IMG/VR virus record: IMGVR_UViG_3300031417_000379
Strand: one strand, 5' to 3'
DNA: 64,000 bases
Source: a virus
Lineage: Duplodnaviria > Heunggongvirae > Uroviricota > Caudoviricetes
The notes below the pieces were generated by a model, which was not told the origin of the DNA, made no database searches, and was given only the letters and a program-made list of their open reading frames with translations. A program made the translations under genes and the position numbers. This document shows positions 1 through 9,347 of this stretch, in pieces. Every line of letters begins with the position of its first letter. The first letter of the stretch is position 1.

Positions 1-294
1 TTAGTCGCCAGCTTGCTGAAGTTCTTGCTGAACATCTGGTGAAAGCTGGCTCTCAGGATTCGTGAGTGAGGAGCTAATGCCTGATTCTACGCTCTTAACT
101 TCAGGAGCCGGGAACAGTAGCCCAAGCAGCAGCGAGAAGATCACTGTCTGGAAAACAGCTGTAATAGCCCATACCTTTAGCCACTTTACATACGCCAAGC
201 TAGTGTTCTCATTCGATCGAATGTAGAGTGCTCCGACTCCCCAAACTGCAAGAGCTAATACGAACGAGAGTACGTAGTTAGTGAAATCGTCCAT
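1..294 (-). CDS. small membrane protein (2 predicted TM helices)
   Basis: Complete 97-aa ORF (ATG at 292-294, TAA at 1-3) with two hydrophobic stretches; same strand and spacing as downstream operon. Confidence 0.55.
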   Translation of the reverse strand: MDDFTNYVLSFVLALAVWGVGALYIRSNENTSLAYVKWLKVWAITAVFQTVIFSLLLGLLFPAPEVKSVESGISSSLTNPESQLSPDVQQELQQAGD

Positions 295-352
295 GGGCCA
301 GTCCTTAAGGAAGCTTAACGCTTACGAGCGTTGGAAATATCAAGCTCTGGCG

Positions 353-1111
353 TTAGTTCGTTAAGAAATCTCGCACGATGTCACGCGATACGCGATCCAA
401 AATAGCTTTTTCAAGATCTCCGAGTTCAGCGTAGAAATCACCTTCGGGCCCTTTGATCTTTCGAGCGTAGGCTTCAGTATCGTCAAAGTCTTCAACGCCA
501 AACGGCTTACTGCCGTTCCCGTACTCTCTACGAATAGAAGCCAGATTGGTTACACCGGTGACATCGAGATACTCGTCTTCGCCAAGCTTGATAGCCACGT
601 GGCCTTGCCAGTATTTTGAGCTTGTATCGTGCGTAAACATCGTTACTGGGAGTCCAGTCTTTTCACGAAGAGCGTAGGCTAGATAGCCGCAAGCGCCGTG
701 CGTAAAGACGTTCATTGTCTCAGGCGAGTTGTAGTCGAAAGTGGCGTCCATGTTGTGGGTAAAACGAGTGTAGACCGGGGTGCTTGGGCCGATCGGCCCC
801 ATACGTTCGATCTCTTTATTCGTGTAGCCGTTCTTCAGCTGACGTTTGACCATAGCTGTTTCTTTGACAGTTAGAGGATACACGTCGTTCGGGATAGGCG
901 AGTAAACAGCCTGGATATCCTTCGGCATCTTCTTCGGCTTAGACATAACGGTCGGCACAACTTCAGCCGCCATTGCTGTTTCGTAAAGCTGCCGAGCTTC
1001 TTCCTTCGTGGCACCGTGCGGCGCTGTCTCGCCGTAGCGACAGTTTCCAGGCTGGGCTGTACATTTGTTGACACGGCCGGTTTCCGGATTGATGTGATAG
1101 CGCTCAGTCAC
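353..1111 (-). CDS. HCCH-module protein (N-terminal YHINPETG..C..GNC..H motif), C-terminal domain of unknown function
   Basis: 252-aa ORF; N-terminus MTERYHINPETGRVNKCTAQPGNCRYGETAPHG matches the H-C-C-H module shared with 5 other ORFs in this window. Confidence 0.8.
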   Translation of the reverse strand: MTERYHINPETGRVNKCTAQPGNCRYGETAPHGATKEEARQLYETAMAAEVVPTVMSKPKKMPKDIQAVYSPIPNDVYPLTVKETAMVKRQLKNGYTNKEIERMGPIGPSTPVYTRFTHNMDATFDYNSPETMNVFTHGACGYLAYALREKTGLPVTMFTHDTSSKYWQGHVAIKLGEDEYLDVTGVTNLASIRREYGNGSKPFGVEDFDDTEAYARKIKGPEGDFYAELGDLEKAILDRVSRDIVRDFLTN

Positions 1112-1301
1112 TTGGTCTCCTAAAGCTCATGAGGCTTTCTAAACGCTGTAGCTGGGGCGCTAACGGTGAGCGTAAGCGTTTCATACGACCTGACGAGCAT
1201 AAGCTATACCACTGTGAGAAAGCTGAGTAGCGTCTGGCTCAAGTTCTTACACCTCTGGGCCGCAAGAATTGCTCCTGCGGCCCAGAAAGATAGAGCTAGT
1301 G

Positions 1302-2387
1302 TTACTTCGTGGCAGGGATCACCACGGAGTTGTTGCCGCTCCAGCAGGAGAAGCCTGCAGGCAGCTTGTAGTTCGACGAGATAGCGTCAGCTACAGAGTC
1401 AAAGCACTTGGAAACAAGCACGTTCGGATCGTTGCTAACAGAGTCGGAGAGGGTCTTGTTCGCGTTGGCCTGAGCCTTGGCGGTCTCCTCCTTCTGCATG
1501 GCGATACGAGTTTCACCGATGGCAGCGATGTAGTTGTCCAGCTTCTTCTGTGTGTTCGGCGCGAGCTTCAGGTTGGAGAACGTTACGGACTCGATGTTCG
1601 CCAGCCCTCCGGTCGCCTTAAGTCGAGCCTGCATGTCCTCGGTCATGTCCTTGGAAACAGCGTCGTAGTCGGGCGAGAAGGAGACGGTCTGGCCAGTGTT
1701 AGTGCCCTCTACCTTCTTAAGCTCAGCAATCGGATTGTAATCCTTCAGCGCCTTCTGAACAGCCGCCTCAAGCTGAGTAGAGACAACAGCACTGCGGAAC
1801 GTCTGCGTCGGATCGTTCGAGCGGTAGTTCTCGTAGATCTTAGCACCCGATTCCGCGTTGATGCTCCAGCGGTTAGTGATGGTTGCGTGAGCCACGCTAC
1901 CATCACCGATACGGACCGGAATAGTGTACTGAGCGTTGTACTCGTCAGTCTGGATTGTTCCGTCGATCGAAACGATCTCGGCCCACGGTGCCTTAAAGTT
2001 CAAACCGGAGTGGCGAGTGTTCTGATCAACAGCACCGAAGGAGACCACAACGCCAACGTTCTTCGCAGAAACGGTGGTGAAACACATGCTCACAGCGATG
2101 ATGAAACCGATGGCTGAGAGCAAGATACCGCCGTAGAACATACCGAGGTTAGCACTCTTAGAGTACTTCGGGCGCTGAGCGTCCGGCGCTGGGGAGTTGT
2201 AGGAGTTCGAGTCGTCGTTTCCGAAGATAGCGCCACGGATGCCGCTCTTTCCGTGGTTACCTCCGGAGGCTGCAGTCGCGGCAGAAGTCGAACCTGCAAC
2301 CTTACTCTTACTCGGGCGCTTCCGAATAACGACGACACCTCCGACCAACATAGCCAGAGCGATGATGAAGCCGAGGATGTGTACCAT
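1302..2387 (-). CDS. SPFH/band-7 (HflK/HflC-like) membrane protein
   Basis: N-terminal TM helix after a basic/Gly-rich segment, then VGVVVSFGAV...GLNFKAPWAEIV resembling the start of SPFH domains (HflK: GLHFKIPFI). Confidence 0.6.
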   Translation of the reverse strand: MVHILGFIIALAMLVGGVVVIRKRPSKSKVAGSTSAATAASGGNHGKSGIRGAIFGNDDSNSYNSPAPDAQRPKYSKSANLGMFYGGILLSAIGFIIAVSMCFTTVSAKNVGVVVSFGAVDQNTRHSGLNFKAPWAEIVSIDGTIQTDEYNAQYTIPVRIGDGSVAHATITNRWSINAESGAKIYENYRSNDPTQTFRSAVVSTQLEAAVQKALKDYNPIAELKKVEGTNTGQTVSFSPDYDAVSKDMTEDMQARLKATGGLANIESVTFSNLKLAPNTQKKLDNYIAAIGETRIAMQKEETAKAQANANKTLSDSVSNDPNVLVSKCFDSVADAISSNYKLPAGFSCWSGNNSVVIPATK

Positions 2388-2444
2388 AACAACCTTTCAA
2401 GTTGAATTAGGCACATCTTACAAGGCTACGCGTTCATAGTCAAA

Positions 2445-2927
2445 CTAGACGCCTTGGACAACTTTAGCTTCCTCTAACGAAAGCCCGGGCCAGATATAAG
2501 GCAGCCCTGGCTTCGTGTCAGCAGCGAATGCCTGTCCGTAGATAGTTGGAGCTTTAGCTGAAAGTACGGAGCGGTGAGTTTCGTGAAGCTTCTCGTCGCC
2601 GATCCAGTTCGGAAACTCATACTCACCAGCTTTATAGGCGCGAAGCTCATCGGCTGTGAAGAGCGCTAACGACTTCTCCCAGCAGGTGTCTTTAAAGCCT
2701 CTTGAGAGCCACTCGTCGACAGTGACCTCCTGATAACGGAGTAGAGCGAGTTCGTACCCCCACCACATACGGGCCGCAGGATGACGTGACCAACCACCGT
2801 GAAGTCCGCCTTGCCCTTTGAAAGCCTTGAGAACCTGGTACGTCTCTACTCGCTGTTTACCGAGTCGCTTGCTGTCGAGGAGCCCTACAGAACGAGCGAA
2901 ATCGGGGTAAGGGAGGAACGTTTGCAT
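2445..2927 (-). CDS. hypothetical protein; weak resemblance to bacterial pyrimidine-dimer DNA glycosylase-like family (tentative)
   Basis: 160-aa ORF; N-terminus MQTFLPYPDF..LLDSKRLGKQRVE..HP has a pattern reminiscent of the MRLWSLHPKYLD..GLVALWRE family; product assignment is low confidence, the CDS itself is likely real. Confidence 0.55.
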   Translation of the reverse strand: MQTFLPYPDFARSVGLLDSKRLGKQRVETYQVLKAFKGQGGLHGGWSRHPAARMWWGYELALLRYQEVTVDEWLSRGFKDTCWEKSLALFTADELRAYKAGEYEFPNWIGDEKLHETHRSVLSAKAPTIYGQAFAADTKPGLPYIWPGLSLEEAKVVQGV

Positions 2928-3026
2928 GAGAGGCTTCTTCCTAAGCTTGAGGAATTGTGCGTGCGTAAGCTATAACGCTCTACAGCTCTACTTCATTCCG
3001 ATTCGTCTACGAATCTACAGCTAACA

Positions 3027-3068
3027 AGCTTCAAGGGACACCCGAATTAACGGGTATCCCTTGAAGCT
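3027..3068. terminator. imperfect 19-bp inverted repeat (1 mismatch) with 6-nt loop between two minus-strand genes
   Basis: aagcttcaagggacacccg-aattaa-cgggtatcccttgaagctt lies downstream of the 3119 stop and upstream of the 2927 start; no U-tract. Confidence 0.4.
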
Positions 3069-3118
3069 TTAGACTGCTAGGGGGTGGCGCTTTTTACAGC
3101 GTTCGCCTCTCATGCAGC

Positions 3119-3301
3119 CTACGGTTTAAGCCGATCACTCCGGTCGGAGCCGGAATGGTCAAACCCAGCCTTGTCATCAGCTCGTTCCGCTCGAGCCTCG
3201 TGAACCTCTGCCTCGGTATGCTCCTTAGCAGCCTCAGCCTTATTCTGTAGCCCTTCGGCCAAATCCGAAGCTTTTTCCTTGATGTCATCGAATCGGGACA
3301 T
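3119..3301 (-). CDS. small charged protein, CsbD-like (tentative)
   Basis: 60-aa ORF rich in K/E/A (KEKASDLAEGLQNKAEAAKE), resembling CsbD-type stress proteins; short, so low confidence. Confidence 0.4.
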   Translation of the reverse strand: MSRFDDIKEKASDLAEGLQNKAEAAKEHTEAEVHEARAERADDKAGFDHSGSDRSDRLKP

Positions 3302-3436
3302 GAATGCCTCCTTCTAACCTTGGATCGGGGCGGCCACCTTAGGCCGTCGTTGTTGGTAGCTAATATCAAGCGGAGTCGGTTGTTAGCCGCAGTTTCCATA
3401 AAGGAGCCTGAACTCTAGGTTTGAGTTTCCTGCTTC

Positions 3437-3769
3437 TTAGCAAGCCGGTCGTAGCTTGTCCACATCTTCTGGAGAGAGGTTTAGCAAGCGATACCAACGG
3501 TCACAGAAGGTCAGCTTCTCGAGCGCTTCGCGTTCTTTTCGGCGAGGCGCCTCCGGGAATCCGTTATATGAGCACCAAGCGTGCTCACCTGTGGCTCGAT
3601 CGCGGATATCAAGCCAAACGACTCCTCGATCCGAAGCTCGTGTTTTCTCTACTCGAAGCTGCACCACATCGATGCTTCTATTGAGCTTCCGGTTGACCTC
3701 GCCGATGAGGCCAACCGCGCTCTGTGCAAGTTGTTCTGGGGTTTTGTCCATGTCACCCTCCGTACTCAT
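3437..3769 (-). CDS. hypothetical protein
   Basis: 110-aa ORF on the operon strand; overlapping plus-strand ORFs judged spurious. Confidence 0.55.
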   Translation of the reverse strand: MSTEGDMDKTPEQLAQSAVGLIGEVNRKLNRSIDVVQLRVEKTRASDRGVVWLDIRDRATGEHAWCSYNGFPEAPRRKEREALEKLTFCDRWYRLLNLSPEDVDKLRPAC

Positions 3770-3808
3770 GCGGTATATCGCCTATGTGTAACACCGCCAG
3801 CAGTATTT

Positions 3809-4387
3809 CTAATCCTGCGAGTAAAGCATGGCTTCCACTTCGAGCTCCGTCAACGGCGCACGAAGACTAGCGGCGTCTTCTTTAGTAATGAGATCTTCAA
3901 CTAGCCAGGCGTCCACTGTTTTCTCAAGGGAGTCGATGAGCACCTGTAGATGCTTTAGAGGCTGTGTTGATGATTCTAAAAGCCCGTTGGCTATAGCCTC
4001 AGAGATAAGTCGGTGACTGTTTTCAAACGGCTGACGAAAACCTTTCTGCTTTCGGTCAAAGCTTCTCACTGCGGATTCGATGCGATACTTAAGCATACGA
4101 TTTCCGGAGAAACGAAGCTCAATAGTCTCGACTTGCTGCTCAAGCAGGCTAACGAAGAACGGCATTCGCTTTGAGGGGTCACCGATGGCCCAATCACGAG
4201 CTTCAGCTGCTGGAATGAGAGCTTGAAGATAGGCTTTAAAGCCTTCGATCTGTGACTCAGGCGAGTTAAGAGCGGGCCATTCCACTAGCTTCACCTCGCT
4301 TGGAAAGTCCTTGTAGCCGGTCATCGTGGTAGCCGTCTCGATAGAGCGATTGAGTCGCGCTAGCAGCTCTTCAGTAGTAACGATCAT
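3809..4387 (-). CDS. hypothetical protein
   Basis: 192-aa ORF, divergent from the plus-strand gene at 4457. Confidence 0.7.
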   Translation of the reverse strand: MIVTTEELLARLNRSIETATTMTGYKDFPSEVKLVEWPALNSPESQIEGFKAYLQALIPAAEARDWAIGDPSKRMPFFVSLLEQQVETIELRFSGNRMLKYRIESAVRSFDRKQKGFRQPFENSHRLISEAIANGLLESSTQPLKHLQVLIDSLEKTVDAWLVEDLITKEDAASLRAPLTELEVEAMLYSQD

Positions 4388-4411
4388 CGTAGGCCGCCTA
4401 ACTGTTAAAGC

Positions 4412-4432
4412 TCGATAGGATAGCTCTATCGA
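4412..4432. promoter_or_regulatory. inverted repeat tcgatag-N7-ctatcga (with a gatag direct repeat) in a 69-bp divergent promoter region
   Basis: Lies between divergently transcribed 3809..4387(-) and 4457..4960(+); aaaggag RBS 8 nt before the 4457 ATG; candidate operator for the adjacent wHTH-like protein. Confidence 0.35.
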
Positions 4433-4456
4433 CTTGAAGTCACAAAGGAGACTCCG

Positions 4457-4960
4457 ATGAAGACACCTCAGCTTGCATCCCAGAACGGTCGCCGAGCCTT
4501 TCGTGCCCGCCGTGGCGAAACCGCTCTAGCAGTACTTTCAGTGTTAGCGAGCGGGAAAGGTGCTCTTACTCCTGGAGGCATCGCAAAGCGCATCCGTGAT
4601 CTTTCTCGCGGTGAGTGGGCGGTCACCACATCGTCAGTGAACGCACAGCTTGACGATCTCCTTCGAAGCAAGCTGGTCTACAAGACCTATCGGGACGACC
4701 CGCTCACCGGTTCAGATTACTACTACAGCGTAGAGCAGTCCGGAGTCAACCGTCTTACGACTAGCAAAACAGCGCTCGACGCTCTCTGGTCTAACTTCAA
4801 GGAAAGCTCCTCGGACGGATCGCAGCTCGAGGTGGAGCTTGAGAAACTGCAGCAGGCGTTGACCGTTGTGGATAAGCTCCCTGACGATCGCCTCAACCGG
4901 ATCACAGCGGCGGTGGCTGACCTTCGCAAGACTATCTACACCGTCCTCGCCGAAGACTGA
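4457..4960 (+). CDS. putative winged-helix DNA-binding regulator
   Basis: 167-aa ORF with a good RBS; segment LASGKGALTPGGIAKRIRDLSRGEWAVTTSSVNAQLDDLLRSKLVY looks like a wHTH (MarR/PadR-like); one of only two plus-strand genes. Confidence 0.6.
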   Translation: MKTPQLASQNGRRAFRARRGETALAVLSVLASGKGALTPGGIAKRIRDLSRGEWAVTTSSVNAQLDDLLRSKLVYKTYRDDPLTGSDYYYSVEQSGVNRLTTSKTALDALWSNFKESSSDGSQLEVELEKLQQALTVVDKLPDDRLNRITAAVADLRKTIYTVLAED

Positions 4961-5011
4961 CTTACACTACTCCCCCTCGCTGCGCGAAACGGCGAGGGGG
5001 AGTAGTGTAAG
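4961..5011. terminator. bidirectional intrinsic terminator (perfect 20-bp stem, 11-nt loop)
   Basis: cttacactactccccctcgc-tgcgcgaaacg-gcgagggggagtagtgtaag exactly between convergent genes 4457..4960(+) and 5018..5641(-). Confidence 0.7.
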
Positions 5012-5017
5012 TACTAC

Positions 5018-5641
5018 TTAGTCAACACTAGTCACTAGTAAGGTAACCTCAAGGTTTACTAGCCCCTTGCGGAGAGCTGTAAGAGTAGCCTCTACCTCAC
5101 GCTCCTTGAGATTGTGATTCTCATAGTACTCGAAGGTGTCGATCAAGCGCTCACCATAGGCGATGTAGTTGTCTAGCCAGATCTCCGGTGGGTTTGGAGT
5201 AGTCAGAATCTTGAAAGCTTGAAATGAAAGCATCTCTTCCAGCAGTCGCCCGGAGCGGCAAGACTCCCCGTTAAAAGGGATTGGTTTTGTGACGCTTAAG
5301 AAACTTTCGACAGCCTTCATGACTGGAGTGTAGTGTTCCCAGCGTACCAACACACCTGGAAGTTCGGCGGCTAACTTTTCTTTCAGTGCTGCAGCATCGT
5401 GAATATCCAACGCGCTAATAGCGCAATCCTCTAGATCAGCAGCAAAGCTGGGAAGCGCTCTTAAGATCTCTATGATGCGATTCTCATCTTTGAACATCAC
5501 ATAAGGGTCTTGCTCCCAAAACTTCATGAGCTCTTGATTAGCTTCGGTGAGAGTATTGCGATGAGCAACAGTGGCCACCGGATGCTGCAGCGTGTAGTCG
5601 ATGAGATCCATCGTTTGGCGAGATCTGCTCTTGTACTTCAA
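5018..5641 (-). CDS. tandem-array protein A (~200-aa predicted all-helical, unknown function)
   Basis: Last of 12 consecutive similar-sized ORFs; its stop region overlaps the next gene's start (translational coupling). Confidence 0.8.
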   Translation of the reverse strand: MKYKSRSRQTMDLIDYTLQHPVATVAHRNTLTEANQELMKFWEQDPYVMFKDENRIIEILRALPSFAADLEDCAISALDIHDAAALKEKLAAELPGVLVRWEHYTPVMKAVESFLSVTKPIPFNGESCRSGRLLEEMLSFQAFKILTTPNPPEIWLDNYIAYGERLIDTFEYYENHNLKEREVEATLTALRKGLVNLEVTLLVTSVD

Positions 5642-6261
5642 ATTGAAAGCTCCACCCGCATGGCAATCTCGAACTTATCGAGGTAGCTAAGAGTTCTTGC
5701 AAGTTCTTCAGAATAGGCTTCAGGCCAATCTGCAGTTACGGCGGTCTTGAAAAGCTGGAACGACTCATCAAAGGCTTTCACTAACTTTTCACCGTCTTCG
5801 ATAGTTACGTTTTCCCCGTAGAGGAAGTCATAAATCTCATCGTAATGGCTCCAAAGTTGATCCGTTCCTTCTTCATCACCATCATCATCGAACAACGCTT
5901 GAAGCGCCATGGCTGCATCGAAAGCTAGGTCACGAAGAGCTGTGTGACTTCCGAAACGCTTGAGAACCTCGTCACGGCGTGTGCGTACGTAGGCTACATA
6001 CTTAGAGTACTCTTTAGCAAACTTCGGTTGCGCTTTAGCTCGTTCTTCATACTGGAGCATGAGGGGCTCGATAGTCTTTAGAGCCGGCTCGTACTTAGAC
6101 AACGGAGTATCAAAGAACACAACGCTATCCGCCGCCTGTTTGAGAGTTTGAAACTCGCTTAAGCTCTTGATGAAATCATCTGCGTTGTCCAATAGCTCGA
6201 AGAAGAGATACGATGCACTTTCTCCAGCTCTAAGTAGAGCTGCTGCGTACTGCATCTTCAT
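5638..6261 (-). CDS. tandem-array protein B (~200-aa helical, unknown function)
   Basis: 207 aa; 4-nt overlaps with both flanking array genes. Confidence 0.8.
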   Translation of the reverse strand: MKMQYAAALLRAGESASYLFFELLDNADDFIKSLSEFQTLKQAADSVVFFDTPLSKYEPALKTIEPLMLQYEERAKAQPKFAKEYSKYVAYVRTRRDEVLKRFGSHTALRDLAFDAAMALQALFDDDGDEEGTDQLWSHYDEIYDFLYGENVTIEDGEKLVKAFDESFQLFKTAVTADWPEAYSEELARTLSYLDKFEIAMRVELSI

Positions 6262-6860
6262 TACGATGTCACACCCTTAACTGTTTCGATTTCGGCTAGT
6301 ATGAGCAACGACTCAAGTCGATTGAGCATGTTGATCAGTTGATCGTAGTCCGAAGCCATTAGTGAGCGAGTCCGAGCTTCACTCTCTAGATAGCTCCGCG
6401 CGAGGTCTTCTCCACGCTCAACAAGAGCGTGTACCTTTGAGAGATCAAGTTCTCGTGATGAGAGCAAATCGCCGGCGAGCAAAAGCGTTTCGTTACGTCG
6501 ATTCTCCCCAGCCAGATAGCTCATCTGATAACGTCTACAAAAGGCTGTAAACTCATCGATCACATTACGAAGAGGATCAGGTCTTACTCTCAACATCACG
6601 ATAGAGAGTTGTGCTTCGAGTTCCTTCATCGCGCCGAGCGGGAAACGAGTGTTAAGTCTCTCGCGCACATCCTTCTGAAGAAGCTCGAGCAGACGGTCAC
6701 GCACCCGAGGTTCCATAAGCATGCTGTAGAACGCTCCAGGCGAAACAAAGCTTCTAACCTCTTCGCTAAGGTAATCGATCACAGCGTAGTAGCGGTCTTC
6801 GAGGATCTCTACTTCCTCGCCAAACGGCTTGTAGCTATTGACGATGCGATGACTCATCAA
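6261..6860 (-). CDS. tandem-array protein C
   Basis: 199 aa; coupled start/stop overlaps. Confidence 0.8.
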   Translation of the reverse strand: MMSHRIVNSYKPFGEEVEILEDRYYAVIDYLSEEVRSFVSPGAFYSMLMEPRVRDRLLELLQKDVRERLNTRFPLGAMKELEAQLSIVMLRVRPDPLRNVIDEFTAFCRRYQMSYLAGENRRNETLLLAGDLLSSRELDLSKVHALVERGEDLARSYLESEARTRSLMASDYDQLINMLNRLESLLILAEIETVKGVTS

Positions 6861-7486
6861 TTTACCTCTTCAAGTAAGTACAGCACACGAAGCCTGTCAA
6901 GCCGGCGTTCTGCAGAAGCTATACGCTCTGGAGATTTTGTAGCGTCACATTGCGTAAGGAAAGCTTCAATCAGCTGTGTAAGCTTATGCTCCTCATCCTC
7001 GTGAAGTCGAAGCTGACGCTGTACCCAAACAGAGTACTCTACGATGTCAGAAAAAGCGTTGGCAGCTCGAGCGCCGATAAACGCGCCATCCCCAGATGTC
7101 TGAAGAGGAAGAAGTTGGCGAAGCTCCGCCAGCGTTTCGGAAAGTTGTGTCTTGAACTGCACCATGTGCTCAAAGCGCGGAGTGAGCTCATTAATTTGAT
7201 CAGCGATGGATTTGTAGTGCTCTACAAGCTTTCTAGCCGCCAAGGGTACACCCTCACCGTAAAAGTCGATCCCCTGGCTCTCAATGAGCTGTCGTATAGT
7301 CGGTCTTACCTGGCCTAGAAGCTTGAGTACCGAGCTGTCTGTTACCTTAGTTCGAGCGTAGCTAAAGAGCTCGATGCTAAGTGACTCCGCCTTGCTAGCG
7401 TTCTGGCATTCCTGACTAAAGTTGTGGAGCTCTTGGCTTAGACTCTGCAGAGCGCTATAGCGAGAGTATGGATCCCTACGCATCAA
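6857..7486 (-). CDS. tandem-array protein D
   Basis: 209 aa; coupled. Confidence 0.8.
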   Translation of the reverse strand: MMRRDPYSRYSALQSLSQELHNFSQECQNASKAESLSIELFSYARTKVTDSSVLKLLGQVRPTIRQLIESQGIDFYGEGVPLAARKLVEHYKSIADQINELTPRFEHMVQFKTQLSETLAELRQLLPLQTSGDGAFIGARAANAFSDIVEYSVWVQRQLRLHEDEEHKLTQLIEAFLTQCDATKSPERIASAERRLDRLRVLYLLEEVN

Positions 7487-8096
7487 CTACCTCCAGTATC
7501 ATAAGTTGAGCTTCGATGTGATCGAAAGCTGAGTGGAAGGTTTCAAGCACCTGGCGATGTGATCCGTTGCCGTGGTTAGTCACGAGCTCATCCAGCTCGT
7601 TAATAGTCTCGAGAAGTCGTTCAAAGTGAATCTCGCTTGCCGTCCGGGCTCCCCAGATTGGAGTGAGTTCTCGTCGCATATCGCTGAAGATAACGTCAAG
7701 CCGATCACTAAAGACGTAGCTTGTAGGCGGAATCACGCCCGACCCGAGATTGGTCCAGAGCTGGTCCACCGCGTAGCCCAACGGGTCCTTAAGTAGAACG
7801 AGCGCTCCCCAGCGAGCCTCGATGAAATCAAACTCATCAAGAAGCTCGTGAACGCTCTCGACGAACTGAGCGTCCTCTTTGCGCTTGCGGCTTTGAGAAT
7901 AAAACTGAAGTGCTTCACGCAGCTGTTCAAAAGTCAGCAAGAAACTGTGAGCATCACCGATGTGGTTATACTTTCGGAGTGCCTCGAGCTCAACGCTGAG
8001 CTTTGGGACTGTGCTGCTCACAACAGCGTTCACCTCTACGAGGAACGTGTCCGTAGCCTTTTCACGGCTAAGTAAGCTCTTGCTATACCACTTCAC
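7476..8096 (-). CDS. tandem-array protein E
   Basis: 206 aa; 31-bp gap to the upstream member. Confidence 0.8.
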   Translation of the reverse strand: MKWYSKSLLSREKATDTFLVEVNAVVSSTVPKLSVELEALRKYNHIGDAHSFLLTFEQLREALQFYSQSRKRKEDAQFVESVHELLDEFDFIEARWGALVLLKDPLGYAVDQLWTNLGSGVIPPTSYVFSDRLDVIFSDMRRELTPIWGARTASEIHFERLLETINELDELVTNHGNGSHRQVLETFHSAFDHIEAQLMILEVVDA

Positions 8097-8127
8097 TTAT
8101 TCATAGTACGCCTGAGCTAGCCGTCTG

Positions 8128-8733
8128 TCAATAGAGCCCGACCATCATGGCCTCGACCTCGAGCTTCTGTATAGAGTCAAGATGTTCATCACGAAGACTT
8201 GTGTGGAGGGTCGGAGCTTGAACCTGATCGTGGATCGTGTAGTTCAAATTGATGAAGTCTCTTAAAAGTCCCTCGTCTATCTCGCGAGCTTTCAGAAGCT
8301 CAAGCGCGCAGTCCTCCAGATCTTCGTAAAGCGCACGTCTTTCCGGCGGAAGCGCCTCCGCAGTGCGGAGAAAATCAGCGCTTAGAGCTAGCATCGCCTG
8401 GCGTCCAGCTATTTCGATGTAAAGCTTAAGCTTCGGGTTGTAGTACCAGCGCGCTAATACGTCCTCGCACTGCTTTAGAATTGGGCGTGCTATCTTCGTG
8501 TACTCCTGCGCTCGCAGAGGTGAATCTTTTACCATGCGTCCGGAGTAAGAGGCTTCACGAGTGAACTGCTCGAACAGTTCTAGGAATTCACTGTGCTCGC
8601 TATCACTGTCGTTGAATAACTTGCCAGATTCAATGAGAAAGGTGTCAACTAGGGAGTATACTCTGGGCGGCATTGCTGTACGCTTAAGTTTCTGAGCCGC
8701 GGCCATAGCTGCGGTTGCTCGTGTTTGGATCAT
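8128..8733 (-). CDS. tandem-array protein F
   Basis: 201 aa; coupled. Confidence 0.8.
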   Translation of the reverse strand: MIQTRATAAMAAAQKLKRTAMPPRVYSLVDTFLIESGKLFNDSDSEHSEFLELFEQFTREASYSGRMVKDSPLRAQEYTKIARPILKQCEDVLARWYYNPKLKLYIEIAGRQAMLALSADFLRTAEALPPERRALYEDLEDCALELLKAREIDEGLLRDFINLNYTIHDQVQAPTLHTSLRDEHLDSIQKLEVEAMMVGLY

Positions 8734-9347
8734 GTTTGAGCTTCCTCTTGTTCAGCGTAGAGATCGGAAAGGACCGAAGCGACCTCAAAGTTTTCGAGCA
8801 GCTTATCAAGCTTTTTAGCTAAGTCCGACGGATAAATCGAGTCCTCAGCTTCATGCTTGATCGCGCGGAGAAGCACAAGCGTTCGCTCTGCTGAGACCCC
8901 AAGAGAGTCAGTTCGTAGACTCCAATAGGCGGTTGACTCGAAGTCTTGATGATAGACTGTGATAGCCTGTCTGCTCACTTGAAACTGTCTTAGCAGATCT
9001 TCGAGCGCCGTCACCACTGTTTCAACGGCCTGTCGGTACTCTGGGGGCTTACTCACTCGAGTGAGCAGCATTTCAAGCTGATCTCGGTATTCGTAAGCAG
9101 GGAAGTAGCTGTAGCTTTGGGCGTCCTCGAGCCACTCTCTATCGCTACTGAGAACAGCTATGAGATCGCGCATCATGGTGATGAGCTCAGCCTCTTTTTT
9201 GGGCAAGCTCGACTTATTCTCCCTGTAGCTTGAGAGTGCGCGCTTTGCTAAAAACTCGATATCGAGATGAGTAAAGGCCCGAGCGTCTCGAGAGATACTC
9301 GTCAACACGTTTGCCACTTCCTCGTCAAGACTCCTATAGTAGAGCAT
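8730..9347 (-). CDS. tandem-array protein G (start chosen at internal ATG 9345-9347 with gaggag RBS; longest ORF extends to 9440)
   Basis: The longest ORF would overlap upstream gene H by ~100 nt; the internal Met preceded by GAGGAG gives a 205-aa product and a 14-nt overlap. Confidence 0.7.
   Translation of the reverse strand: MLYYRSLDEEVANVLTSISRDARAFTHLDIEFLAKRALSSYRENKSSLPKKEAELITMMRDLIAVLSSDREWLEDAQSYSYFPAYEYRDQLEMLLTRVSKPPEYRQAVETVVTALEDLLRQFQVSRQAITVYHQDFESTAYWSLRTDSLGVSAERTLVLLRAIKHEAEDSIYPSDLAKKLDKLLENFEVASVLSDLYAEQEEAQT

Noticed and set aside
1166-2117. Plus-strand ORFs 1166..1384 and 1269..2117
   Set aside because: Lie entirely antisense to the well-supported SPFH-like CDS 1302..2387; Arg/Leu/Val-rich, low-complexity translation typical of GC-rich antisense frames.
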